Shown: positions 17,459 through 26,080 of the stretch, piece after piece
How the letters are laid out: the number at the start of each line of letters is the position of its first letter
How positions within the stretch are numbered: the first letter of the stretch is position 1
Virus record (IMG/VR): IMGVR_UViG_2974666105_000001
Location: 15,100 to 79,099 of that record
Strand: one strand, 5' to 3'
Source of the DNA: a virus
Lineage: Duplodnaviria; Caudoviricetes
DNA length: 64,000 nt
Notes under the pieces: model-generated
What the model saw: only the letters and a program-made list of their open reading frames with translations
Told to the model about the DNA's origin: nothing
Database searches by the model: none
Translations under genes and position numbers: made by a program

Positions 17459-17660
17459 AAATAGTACACTCCTTTATATAAGTGCTAAAGCACTAACTGA
17501 GAGTAACTCGCTAACGCTCGAACTCTCAGTCTCCTGTCACACGATTAATTAAATGTTATCATGTGGTCGCCAAATGCGACATCGGGACACCCCTAACGGG
17601 AACTCATCACAGCAAGCTGTGCTGATTCCCTTCCCCCTAGCTCCCTACACTATACTCCCA

Positions 17661-17715
17661 AAGTGGTGGAAATATTACCATAATTTTGCGTTTTTTGGTC
17701 GTATTTCCACCACTT
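17661..17715. repeat. Perfect 14-bp inverted repeat with 27-bp spacer
   Basis: AAGTGGTGGAAATA (17661-17674) / TATTTCCACCACTT (17702-17715). Confidence 0.9.
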
Positions 17716-17738
17716 CCAAAAAATTCTTTTTTTTACTA

Positions 17739-17767
17739 TTGACTATTCTTAAATTATATGATATACT
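17739..17767 (+). promoter_or_regulatory. Sigma70-type promoter
   Basis: TTGACT-N17-TATACT upstream of 17791. Confidence 0.8.
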
Positions 17768-17790
17768 CTTTAGTATAGGAGGAATCAAAA

Positions 17791-18411
17791 ATGGACAAAC
17801 ACTTAGTAAAGCATGAATTAAACGAAGCAGAGTTACTTGGGACAATTAAGAAGTTAGACGAATTAGAACACGATGACGGAGTAGTACAAATGTTGGGGTC
17901 ATATGACGAAATATTAACATACAACTTTCTTGTACCAAAGAACGATAAGACGAAATTACTATCAATGATCATGATTGATATTTCGAGAGGTCGAGAACCA
18001 TCAGAATATGAAACTAAATTTCTTGATGAAATTGATAGCAGGTTTATTGCACATAAAGATAAAAAGGATTTTACCCCACGAGAAACCCTATGTCTATTTA
18101 TGAAAGAATATTGGGATTGGGATGACTATGAATGGACAAATTACAGAAATGTTTCCGTATTAGTAAAAGATATGTTCAAAATTTATACTGATTTTTGTAA
18201 GAATAATAAAATTGCCAGAAGAAAAAGAATCTTATATGAAGATTTCAAAAATTATCTGTCAAAATATGGAAACTTGAAAAGATACCGAAAGAACGGTAGT
18301 AGTAGAACAACAGATGTCATGGTTATCACAAATCTTCCAGCCTACAAAGAATCATTAACGGAAATTCCAAGTTTTGATCTGTCGAAGCATACAGAGTTAA
18401 AACAAGCATAG
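17791..18411 (+). CDS. Hypothetical protein, possible C-terminal winged-helix DNA-binding domain
   Basis: Strong RBS; IYTDFCKNNK...YEDFKNYL resembles primase/D5-type C-terminal wHTH. Confidence 0.6.
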   Translation: MDKHLVKHELNEAELLGTIKKLDELEHDDGVVQMLGSYDEILTYNFLVPKNDKTKLLSMIMIDISRGREPSEYETKFLDEIDSRFIAHKDKKDFTPRETLCLFMKEYWDWDDYEWTNYRNVSVLVKDMFKIYTDFCKNNKIARRKRILYEDFKNYLSKYGNLKRYRKNGSSRTTDVMVITNLPAYKESLTEIPSFDLSKHTELKQA

Positions 18412-18462
18412 ACAAAACGTCAATAGGTGTTATAATATAAGATATTAGAAAGGGTGATAAAT

Positions 18463-18633
18463 ATGTTTAATCAAGGAGCTTTTCATTTCTTTGTTATGGT
18501 AATCGTCTCACTTATCGTTATGGCGATCATTGCCGTATTCGTCATGGTTTGTGCAGTGTTCCCACACGTGTTAGCAACTGTATCTGTGATACTTGGAGCT
18601 ATTTGTTACACTTGTGGCAAGTTATTTAAATAG
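18463..18633 (+). CDS. Small membrane protein (56 aa, not in ORF track)
   Basis: AGGGTGA RBS; two hydrophobic stretches. Confidence 0.6.
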   Translation: MFNQGAFHFFVMVIVSLIVMAIIAVFVMVCAVFPHVLATVSVILGAICYTCGKLFK

Positions 18634-18644
18634 GAGGAATAAAA

Positions 18645-18998
18645 ATGATTAATAGTATAAGACTTTGGAGTGAATATTATAAAGAATATGTCGATTGGTA
18701 TGACGGGGTTATGTTTGATTGCGACGGTAAAATATATTATGACGATGGAGTTGCTAGTGATGGGGACATCGGAATTGTTTATGAATGGTGTACAGGGGTC
18801 AAAGATATTAATGATAAATATATCTTCACTGGCGATATTATCAAGACTAAAGCCGGACGTATTCAGATTGTTAAGCAGGGCGTATTATTATCAGATGAAA
18901 ACAACATCATTAGCGGATTTTATGCAGAGGATATAAAAAGTGGAAACCCATACACGTTTAGTCCCCATGATAAAGTAATTGGTACCGTGCACAATTAA
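18645..18998 (+). CDS. YopX-like protein
   Basis: WCTGVKDINDKYIFTGDII motif. Confidence 0.75.
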   Translation: MINSIRLWSEYYKEYVDWYDGVMFDCDGKIYYDDGVASDGDIGIVYEWCTGVKDINDKYIFTGDIIKTKAGRIQIVKQGVLLSDENNIISGFYAEDIKSGNPYTFSPHDKVIGTVHN

Positions 18999-19024
18999 TA
19001 AAAAAATGCTGGAGGTAAACGATA

Positions 19025-19480
19025 ATGATTAAGTTTAGAGGAGTTCCGTTAGATGATTATAGTCATGATGCTAATGTCGACTTTGATGGAACATTTATTT
19101 ATGGGAATTATGAAAAAGTGGGTGACGATGTATTAATTTCTAGTGGAAAATTTGATTTAGAAGGAGTATCTGTTCCAGATTTATTTGCAAAAGTAGATCC
19201 TAAGACAGTGGGACAGTTTACTGGTCTGAAAGATATTAATGGTAAGGAAATCTATGAAAATGATATTATCCATTTTGGAAGCATTTGGTGTGTCGGTGAT
19301 GAATGTGACCCTAGGGAAGAAGAACATATAGGTGCTGTGAAATATCGTACCGACTGTGCGAGTTATGAGGTCAATTGTAATGGACAAATATTTCCACTAA
19401 TGGAAGTAATCAATTTTGATGGTTATTCAGTACAAGGCAACGTGCACGAGAACCCGGATCTATTGGAGGAAGACAAATGA
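19025..19480 (+). CDS. YopX family protein
   Basis: MIKFRG..., TVGQFTGLKDINGKEIYENDII, GNVHENPDLL. Confidence 0.9.
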   Translation: MIKFRGVPLDDYSHDANVDFDGTFIYGNYEKVGDDVLISSGKFDLEGVSVPDLFAKVDPKTVGQFTGLKDINGKEIYENDIIHFGSIWCVGDECDPREEEHIGAVKYRTDCASYEVNCNGQIFPLMEVINFDGYSVQGNVHENPDLLEEDK

Positions 19481-19689
19481 AATGTCCATATTGTCACAGT
19501 GATGGTTCACGTTTAGACAACGCTAGTGTTTGGGGATCAAAACCAGTTGCCAATGTATCTGGGCCTGAATATCCGGCTTTATACATTGACCTATCTACAC
19601 ACAAACTAGTTATGGCCAACGCCCTAGAAGCATGGCGAATTAGATATTGCCCTATGTGTGGGCGAAAGTTATTGGAGGAAGAGAAATGA
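19477..19689 (+). CDS. Small zinc-binding protein (CPYC...YCPMCGRKL)
   Basis: Two CxxC motifs. Confidence 0.7.
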   Translation: MKCPYCHSDGSRLDNASVWGSKPVANVSGPEYPALYIDLSTHKLVMANALEAWRIRYCPMCGRKLLEEEK

Positions 19690-19874
19690 CTGAGACAGAG
19701 AAGCAAAAAGCGTGTCGATATTGTCATGGGAACTCGCCACAACAAATTATGGACGTAGATAATGGCGATTTGATGGATGTATGGTTATTAGGACGTACAT
19801 TGATGGCCAAAGAGATCAATATGTCTGGAGTTTATATTAATTACTGCCCAATGTGTGGGCGGAAGCTAGTTTAG
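19686..19874 (+). CDS. Small zinc-binding protein (CRYC...YCPMCGRKL)
   Basis: Two CxxC motifs; paralog of the previous gene. Confidence 0.7.
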   Translation: MTETEKQKACRYCHGNSPQQIMDVDNGDLMDVWLLGRTLMAKEINMSGVYINYCPMCGRKLV

Positions 19875-19883
19875 GAGATAATA

Positions 19884-20117
19884 ATGACAATTAATTTAAA
19901 AGTTGGAAACGTATTTCATATTGAAGATCCAGAAAACCACGTTAGAATCAATAATAAAGACTACATGGTAGTTGAAGATGCAATAGGATGGACTAAAAGG
20001 TTCTTTGTAGTAGATCTAACTGGGTCACGGGTATTAGAAAGCTTTAAATCATTGAATGACATCAACAAGTTTCTAAAAGACGCTTGGGATAAATATGATG
20101 TTGTTGTAGTGAATTAA
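19884..20117 (+). CDS. Hypothetical protein, distant member of the 34.3-35.3 kb paralog family
   Basis: KVGNVF...YMVV...FFVVDL...FKSLNDI pattern. Confidence 0.6.
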   Translation: MTINLKVGNVFHIEDPENHVRINNKDYMVVEDAIGWTKRFFVVDLTGSRVLESFKSLNDINKFLKDAWDKYDVVVVN

Positions 20118-20123
20118 GATGTT

Positions 20124-20146
20124 GGCTGCTTAAATGCAGCTTTTTT
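20124..20146 (+). terminator. Intrinsic terminator
   Basis: GCTGC-TTAAAT-GCAGC then T6. Confidence 0.8.
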
Positions 20147-20156
20147 AATAAAATTG

Positions 20157-20185
20157 TTGACACTGAAAAACATGTGCGTTAGTAT
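20157..20185 (+). promoter_or_regulatory. Sigma70-type promoter pointing into the non-coding skew region
   Basis: TTGACA-N17-TAGTAT. Confidence 0.6.
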
Positions 20186-20408
20186 TAAGTCAATCAAGAA
20201 AGGATCGTGTTGAGGATGGATAAGTATGCCCTGATTGGCCAAAAAATGTGTTTCTCAAATCTCTGAACTAGGATTTTGTGTGAACAAGAGTAGGGCGCTC
20301 ATTGTTTGAAGCTTTGTCTTTTTTCTGAGTTAGCTTGCGGGGTGCCTATATGCGTACGCGTACCTGTGTGTTTGCTGTTTTCCTGGCTTTCCAAGCCATA
20401 CAAATTAC

Positions 20409-20487
20409 AATATAATAATTTATTATCATGACTACAATAAAATACTATTGTAGTTTCTTTATTAATATGATAATAATTTATTATATT
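20409..20487. repeat. AT-rich nested palindrome (potential cruciform)
   Basis: Arms 20409-20430 / 20466-20487 near-perfect; inner ACTACAATA/TATTGTAGT. Confidence 0.8.
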
Positions 20488-20589
20488 TTTTCCGTCTCAA
20501 CATACTTTTTACGAACTTTTATGTATTTATTATAATAATGCGATATTGTGCTGAACTGCGTTCAATATCCGTCTTGTCACGTCCGTTCT

Positions 20590-20990
20590 ACGATCGTGCA
20601 AGCATAGATCATCACATACAACATCAAGTCATCAACTTACAATCAACATCACAACATCAATGTAACAACACACATCACACAACCAACAACACATGAACAC
20701 TCACTCATAACAAGTCATACAATCACGTTTAAGCAACTCAACACATCATCAACACAATAGTATACAACTAACACACAACTGCTTACAACGTCTCTCAATC
20801 GCTTATAATGTTGTTGTATTTAGTATCTATCATCAATCACGATCAACATACATCATTCAACCAACAATCGTCAATATAATTAGATCTAACAACGTTTAAC
20901 CTATTCTCTTATAACTACACACAATAACGCTTAAAACGTATCACAACGCTTCTTATTGACTAATATAATCAATAACACAATATAAATATG
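20590..20990 (+). repeat. Low-complexity C/A-rich (G-poor) tract
   Basis: Degenerate ACAACATCA/CAACA units; no ORF of 60 aa or more. Confidence 0.85.
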
Positions 20991-20995
20991 TACAC

Positions 20996-21029
20996 AAAAA
21001 AAAGATCTAACTAATTAAGTTAGATCTTA
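20996..21029 (-). terminator. Intrinsic terminator of the leftward block
   Basis: AAGATCTAAC-TTAATTA-GTTAGATCTT then T run. Confidence 0.8.
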
Positions 21030-21035
21030 AATACA

Positions 21036-21338
21036 TCAATACTTATCCAATTCATTTATGATATTGTTCACATCATCAATACTTAATAACTTCTCTTGAT
21101 CAGTGAACACATAACACATCAACCTATCATCGTTGTAACCTTTAACACGATTATAATGTTTGCGAATTCTTTCCCTAATATTATAGCAACTACTGATCGT
21201 GGCTGTTGTATATACATCGATTAACTCTTTCTTAACGGCTTTCACGCTTTCAATACCGTATTCAGACAACACAACGGCTTGTCTTAACGTCATGTCGGTA
21301 CCGGCCATATAATCATTTAGAACTTTTTCGGGCGTCAT
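21036..21338 (-). CDS. Hypothetical protein
   Basis: AAGG/GGTGA RBS before MTPEKV. Confidence 0.6.
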   Translation of the reverse strand: MTPEKVLNDYMAGTDMTLRQAVVLSEYGIESVKAVKKELIDVYTTATISSCYNIRERIRKHYNRVKGYNDDRLMCYVFTDQEKLLSIDDVNNIINELDKY

Positions 21339-21339
21339 G

Positions 21340-21753
21340 TTATTCACCAACCTTGATAGTCTTTTTAGTAAACCACAACCCAACGCCGTGATACTTTCCC
21401 GTTCGTTGCTCTTTAATGCGATCGCGCTTACTTAATCGTGTTATAGTCAATTTATAAGCCTTTAAAGGTTTCTTGTTGAATAGAATACCATCACCGCCAC
21501 GCGTCTTGGTGTATAACAGCACGGACTTTTTAGATCTTATTGGAACGTCAATACTAAAGCTTTTACCTTTATCGGGCGTAATTTTAAAATTGTATGTTTG
21601 TACGTGTCGTGTCGTATTCGTGATCACAACATTATTTTGATCGGTTGTACTTAACTTTACACCGCTTAGCATACTAGCCTGGGGCTTAATAGCAAACATC
21701 ATTCCCAATAGAACCCCAACCATAATCAACACTACTTTATTTACTTTAAACAT
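21340..21753 (-). CDS. Basic secreted/membrane-anchored protein, paralog A
   Basis: Signal peptide MFKVNKVVLIMVGVLLGMMFAIKPQA; own promoter. Confidence 0.7.
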   Translation of the reverse strand: MFKVNKVVLIMVGVLLGMMFAIKPQASMLSGVKLSTTDQNNVVITNTTRHVQTYNFKITPDKGKSFSIDVPIRSKKSVLLYTKTRGGDGILFNKKPLKAYKLTITRLSKRDRIKEQRTGKYHGVGLWFTKKTIKVGE

Positions 21754-21785
21754 ATTTACATTTCCCCTTTCCATTGATTGATATA

Positions 21786-21814
21786 AGTATATCAACACCA
21801 GCTTTATTTGTCAA
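21786..21814 (-). promoter_or_regulatory. Early-type sigma70 promoter
   Basis: TTGACA-N17-TATACT. Confidence 0.85.
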
Positions 21815-21861
21815 GCATATTTTAACAAACAAAAAAGCACCCAATCAAGGGCGCTTATTAC

Positions 21862-22317
21862 TTACATAAAACTCACATACAATTTTGTTTTATGATCTTG
21901 TAACCATTCGTAAAATTTAAATGATCCGCCGTTCAAAATATCTTGGCCAAAAATATCATAGCCACATCCGTGTACTGTATAATATGCGTCGGGTAATTCT
22001 ACTACTGATCGCATATTAGATAAAGCATAATTAGTAGTAGGATCTTTTGCATAAGCTCGCAAGCATTGTCCTAATAGCGAATTCTTTTTGATACGCCCAA
22101 TCGTAATCATACCATCAATAGTTTCATCGATGGTAGCGGTGTCCTCATCATAATCACCAATTAAGCAGTCGGAACATTCTTTTTTAGCCATTTCCCTGAT
22201 CGTTTCCATGTCTAAATCGTAATCATGATAACTAAACCCACTCATAACGTCATTATCACAAACAACAGTGTTCGCGTCTAAATATTCCATGTCATTTTCT
22301 AAATCATATTTAATCAT
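21862..22317 (-). CDS. Hypothetical acidic protein
   Basis: GGGGA RBS; 151 aa. Confidence 0.7.
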   Translation of the reverse strand: MIKYDLENDMEYLDANTVVCDNDVMSGFSYHDYDLDMETIREMAKKECSDCLIGDYDEDTATIDETIDGMITIGRIKKNSLLGQCLRAYAKDPTTNYALSNMRSVVELPDAYYTVHGCGYDIFGQDILNGGSFKFYEWLQDHKTKLYVSFM

Positions 22318-22329
22318 ATTTATTCCCCC

Positions 22330-22653
22330 TTAATCAAAGTCAACGTAGAATTCATTGCCAACCACATACACATCGTAATATTCCGTAAAAAGTCTGATTT
22401 TTCTTTCATGGCTCGCTAACTGCTCTTGATCCGCTTGCAACAATTCTTTCATATCATCATTAAAGTATTCACCAATCACACAAAACAGACTATTAACTGT
22501 ATGATCTATTGGGGTAATGTTTTCTAATTCTGATAAACAAAGACCCGTTTCAGCTTCAAAATTTTTCGAGGTATCAAAATTACTAATGTTCATTAAAGCA
22601 ATCTTTAACTCGTCATTGTCTTGCTTACTTATTTCATTTTTTAAATTAATCAT
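22330..22653 (-). CDS. Hypothetical acidic protein
   Basis: AAGGA RBS before MINLK; own promoter. Confidence 0.7.
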   Translation of the reverse strand: MINLKNEISKQDNDELKIALMNISNFDTSKNFEAETGLCLSELENITPIDHTVNSLFCVIGEYFNDDMKELLQADQEQLASHERKIRLFTEYYDVYVVGNEFYVDFD

Positions 22654-22687
22654 ATTTACAGATCCTTTTCTTTTATTTAATGACTTA

Positions 22688-22716
22688 ATTATAATCTTAG
22701 TTAGATACCTTGTCAA
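22688..22716 (-). promoter_or_regulatory. Early-type sigma70 promoter
   Basis: TTGACA-N17-TATAAT (perfect consensus). Confidence 0.9.
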
Positions 22717-22733
22717 CCACTATTTTTTATTTT

Positions 22734-23048
22734 TTAATAAGTTTCGATGGTGTATCCGCAATCCTTTAGCATGTCCAACTTATTACCCGATAGCTGCAAG
22801 CCACTGACTAGCGCTGTCTGAGTTTCAGGGACTAGCCGGGCAACTGCATAATGTTGGTGCAGCTCCTCATACGTGTCGGAGTTAGGCAACTCACCTAGTA
22901 ACGTATTATGATCAGCTCCTCGAATACCGTCGCAAAACTCGCCAGACACTAGCACGCCATTTTCAAACATGTAAATAGCCTCGCCAAGATTGTCAGCTAG
23001 TTCAATACCGTCATCTAATAATCGTGCTTCTAATTGTTCTCTGGTCAT
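22734..23048 (-). CDS. Hypothetical acidic protein
   Basis: AAGGAGG RBS; own promoter. Confidence 0.7.
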   Translation of the reverse strand: MTREQLEARLLDDGIELADNLGEAIYMFENGVLVSGEFCDGIRGADHNTLLGELPNSDTYEELHQHYAVARLVPETQTALVSGLQLSGNKLDMLKDCGYTIETY

Positions 23049-23080
23049 ATTTATTATTCCCTCCTTTATTTAATAACCTA

Positions 23081-23109
23081 ATTCTAGCAAATTTTATTAG
23101 ATCCGTCAA
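23081..23109 (-). promoter_or_regulatory. Early-type sigma70 promoter
   Basis: TTGACG-N17-TAGAAT. Confidence 0.8.
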
Positions 23110-23118
23110 CAACTTTTT

Positions 23119-23157
23119 ACAAAAAAAACTAGCCTAATGGCTAGTTATTTTTTTTAT
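23119..23157 (-). terminator. Intrinsic terminator (bidirectional-looking)
   Basis: AACTAGCC-TAAT-GGCTAGTT flanked by A and T runs. Confidence 0.75.
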
Positions 23158-23208
23158 CGATTCCAGATCGTACGTTGTGTGTTTTTAATTCCTTGTGGTA
23201 TAAAATGG

Positions 23209-23526
23209 TTACGTGGGATCAGCATTTCGTTTTTCGTCCGACTTTGAGACGCGCCGAACAGTGACGCTATACTTGCCAGGCTGCTTGATCATCCATGATT
23301 GCCGTGAGTTCAAAGCCATATAATACCATGTTGTTTTGTTACTCTTGACAGTAACTCGGTACATGTTTTCAGTGCGTCCCGTATTTGTAAGCTTAATTGC
23401 GTGTTGACTTGTGCGTGTTAGGCTATACGCATAATTAGGTTTTTTACTGGCGTCCGCATTATATGCGGTAACTAGCGACAATGTAACACCGGCAATAACA
23501 GCGATCAATAATTTATAAAATTTCAT
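23209..23526 (-). CDS. Basic secreted protein, paralog B
   Basis: Signal peptide ending AYNADA; aligns by eye with 21340-21753. Confidence 0.7.
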   Translation of the reverse strand: MKFYKLLIAVIAGVTLSLVTAYNADASKKPNYAYSLTRTSQHAIKLTNTGRTENMYRVTVKSNKTTWYYMALNSRQSWMIKQPGKYSVTVRRVSKSDEKRNADPT

Positions 23527-23542
23527 TTTTATACCCTCCGAA

Positions 23543-23677
23543 TTATTTAAAGAATGACTGGAAAAATTTTGAATTTTTAAGCGATGGAAATTGTAAAATT
23601 AATCCGTAACAGAAACCGAATACCGAAAAAATTAAAATCAATAGATAGAACACATTACTAAGATCAACAACTAACAT
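23543..23677 (-). CDS. Small membrane protein
   Basis: AGGAGG RBS before MLVVDLSNVFYLLILIFSVFGFCYG. Confidence 0.55.
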   Translation of the reverse strand: MLVVDLSNVFYLLILIFSVFGFCYGLILQFPSLKNSKFFQSFFK

Positions 23678-23690
23678 TTTGACACCCCTC

Positions 23691-23849
23691 CTACATTTCC
23701 TTGAAATATTGCCCTGTTTCCTTAACGTGATAAACCAAACCTTTTTGATCGTCAATTTCTAGTGGACCCAATTCTATGAAAAAGTCATAGGGTAAATAAT
23801 GGTTGTCGTATGCGATTTTCTCAAGTTCTGACATTGTTAATTCGATCAT
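23691..23849 (-). CDS. 52-aa hypothetical protein (not in ORF track)
   Basis: GGGGGGA RBS; MIELTMSELEKIAYDNHY... Confidence 0.55.
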   Translation of the reverse strand: MIELTMSELEKIAYDNHYLPYDFFIELGPLEIDDQKGLVYHVKETGQYFKEM

Positions 23850-23862
23850 ATTTATCCCCCCC

Positions 23863-24111
23863 TTATAAATTATTGCCTAGTATATTGACGATTTTTTCTG
23901 ACGTCAGCACGACCATATTATCAGTGTAGTAATATTGATCTTCGATAACTTTTCCGTCATATTCAATACTAACCTTATTGCGTTTACAATTAACTGATAA
24001 ATGCTTGCTTTTGTTCGTAACTAACATTTTGTTGCCTACTATTCGAGCGCTTAAATTGCCTTCAAGTCGTAGGTCAATCTTCAAATCGCGGTAAAAATCT
24101 TTTTTAGTCAT
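23863..24111 (-). CDS. Hypothetical protein
   Basis: AGGAG RBS; own promoter. Confidence 0.7.
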   Translation of the reverse strand: MTKKDFYRDLKIDLRLEGNLSARIVGNKMLVTNKSKHLSVNCKRNKVSIEYDGKVIEDQYYYTDNMVVLTSEKIVNILGNNL

Positions 24112-24139
24112 ATTTATTTTCTCCTTTTTGATTTTCTAA

Positions 24140-24168
24140 ATCCTAGCATATTTATTAAAATCTGTCAA
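24140..24168 (-). promoter_or_regulatory. Early-type sigma70 promoter
   Basis: TTGACA-N17-TAGGAT with TG extension. Confidence 0.8.
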
Positions 24169-24174
24169 CAAATT

Positions 24175-24429
24175 TCACAACTTTTTATATCCCAACCCGT
24201 CTAAAATTTCGATAATCTTTTTTAGATCCTTGCTGACATTCCCTGCGATCAAAACGTTATGAGTTGATGTTCCTTGCCAATTGCTTTTTTCAAGATAGAT
24301 CTTGTCAACCGCATTTACTTCAAGAATTTTGCCATTCCCATACATGTCAAGCTGGCTGACAACCTCAAAGTGGTTCGTGTTGAGTAGCATTTCAACTAAT
24401 TTCGCATTGATTTTCATAATATTTACCAT
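24175..24429 (-). CDS. Hypothetical protein
   Basis: AAGGA RBS; own promoter at 24449-24477 (TTGCAA-N17-TAGAAT). Confidence 0.65.
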   Translation of the reverse strand: MVNIMKINAKLVEMLLNTNHFEVVSQLDMYGNGKILEVNAVDKIYLEKSNWQGTSTHNVLIAGNVSKDLKKIIEILDGLGYKKL

Positions 24430-24460
24430 CCTTTTTTTGATTGACTAAATTCTAGCATAT

Positions 24461-24796
24461 TTATTTTTTAATTGCAACCCGATCATTAAATAAATTATTA
24501 AAGCTTTTCAAAACATCTTGATAACCGCCACTGCATTCGTATTTGTCACTATCGTACAAGCAATATTTTTCGCGCTCCGGCGTTCCTTTAGCAGCATAAT
24601 ACACGAACGTATATTTTTTGTTGATCGTGAAAATATACATCAATCCGGCGGTTCGGGACTTAAAACGCTCTACAATTATTTCGGCGTTTCGTTTTCCGTA
24701 GCCCAGGGCGTTCGCAATTCCGACAAGTGTTTTTGTTTCCCGACAGCAATATTTAATTTTGTTTTTTAAAAATAACTCTTGATCCATTTTTAACAA
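24461..24796 (-). CDS. Hypothetical protein, first gene of the leftward block
   Basis: GGGAGG RBS; promoter-like TTGTTT-N17-TATTAT at 24819-24847. Confidence 0.65.
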   Translation of the reverse strand: MLKMDQELFLKNKIKYCCRETKTLVGIANALGYGKRNAEIIVERFKSRTAGLMYIFTINKKYTFVYYAAKGTPEREKYCLYDSDKYECSGGYQDVLKSFNNLFNDRVAIKK

Positions 24797-25029
24797 CCTC
24801 CCTCGCTTGATTGATTAAATAATATCACGTTCCAGGATCAAAAACAACCCTCCAGAGCAAAAATATTTGATCAACCAAAAAACGATTTTTCATATTATAG
24901 TAGAAAACTTTATTTTTGTAACTCTATTTTAAGCTTAAACGCCCGTTATATAAGTATTTAAGGGCTATTTTTATTGCTTATGTGTTATTTTATAGAATCG
25001 TTTTACATATTATAGTAAGAAAAATTCTT

Positions 25030-25290
25030 TTTTATATGTGTGTTTGTTTATGTAAACGCCTATATACTAGCGTTTTAAAGCTTATATGTATGTGTGTATA
25101 TGTGTGTTTTCAGGGCTGCATGCGTGATCATGCGTTTGTGTTTGCATGTATGTATGCGTGTTTATTCGTACTTGTGTGTATATGCGTGTTTCGTAGGGCG
25201 GTGTCGCATGTACGTATGTGTGCGTGTTTCGTATAGCGCTATATACGTGTCTGCGCGTGTTTTCCTATGTGTGCGTGCGTGTTTTTCATG
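25030..25290 (+). repeat. TG-rich alternating purine-pyrimidine low-complexity tract
   Basis: Repeated TGTGTG/TGCGTG/TATGTATG/GCGCGTGT units. Confidence 0.85.
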
Positions 25291-25924
25291 AGTCTCACAT
25301 AGGCATGGGCTATTAGATCTAGGCCGTGTATGTGCGAGTAATATGCTAAGGTGGCCAGGATGCTATTGCCCCGTATTAATATTTGGCTACCCAAGCAAAA
25401 GCGCTAAATGATACTCACAGCCTTTTTAGACGTTTTTGTGCATAGAAATGTCGCTAGAAACATCGAATAACATATCCAATACAGAATAAACCTGCCCGTA
25501 GCATTTTGATTAGAATGAGCATATGAAAAACCATCCAACAAACAAACCATTGTCAGATTATTGAGAATGACTGGGCATTATCTAATAGTAAAACTCTAAT
25601 AAATACCGCATGGGAATATTTTTAATATTTTTTCAGATTGCAAGCATTAATCTAGTGTCGACAAACATTTAATAAATCATTTTTATATGTAATTATTAAC
25701 AATGATGTTTTCCAAGATGCGTTTCAATCATTAATCATGCCAATCGTCACTAATCCCATAGCATGTATAATTGTAAAACTTTATCTGGACGAATTATTAT
25801 AAAATATATAAATATAGTTAGAGCCGGGGTATATTGAAGAACTTTTTCTGATCAACATTTCTTGTATGTTACATATTTACTGTCATAAGGGGTAAATAAA
25901 AAGTCCTCTATTGAGGACTGATCA

Positions 25925-26080
25925 TTATTTAACAGGAAACTCATAAATGTTCTTGTTCCCACATTTTTCACATTGATATTGTGCTCTTACACGTTTTCTA
26001 GTTGTCGCAGCCATCGAAATTTTCTTAAAGTATTGGTTCGTATGACAAGCAGAGCAATAGCAAAGTATTTCTTCTTTCAT
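25925..26080 (-). CDS. 51-aa zinc-ribbon protein (not in ORF track)
   Basis: MKEEILCYCSACHT...YQCEKCGNKN; followed by terminator AGTCCTC/GAGGACT near 25900. Confidence 0.65.
   Translation of the reverse strand: MKEEILCYCSACHTNQYFKKISMAATTRKRVRAQYQCEKCGNKNIYEFPVK

Noticed and set aside
24982-25291. Cys/Val-rich ORFs 24982-25236 and 25094-25291
   Set aside because: Translation artefacts of TG-repeat low-complexity DNA; no RBS
20590-25300. CRISPR array or telomere-like exact repeats in the low-complexity tracts
   Set aside because: No constant repeat with unique spacers and no exact periodic unit
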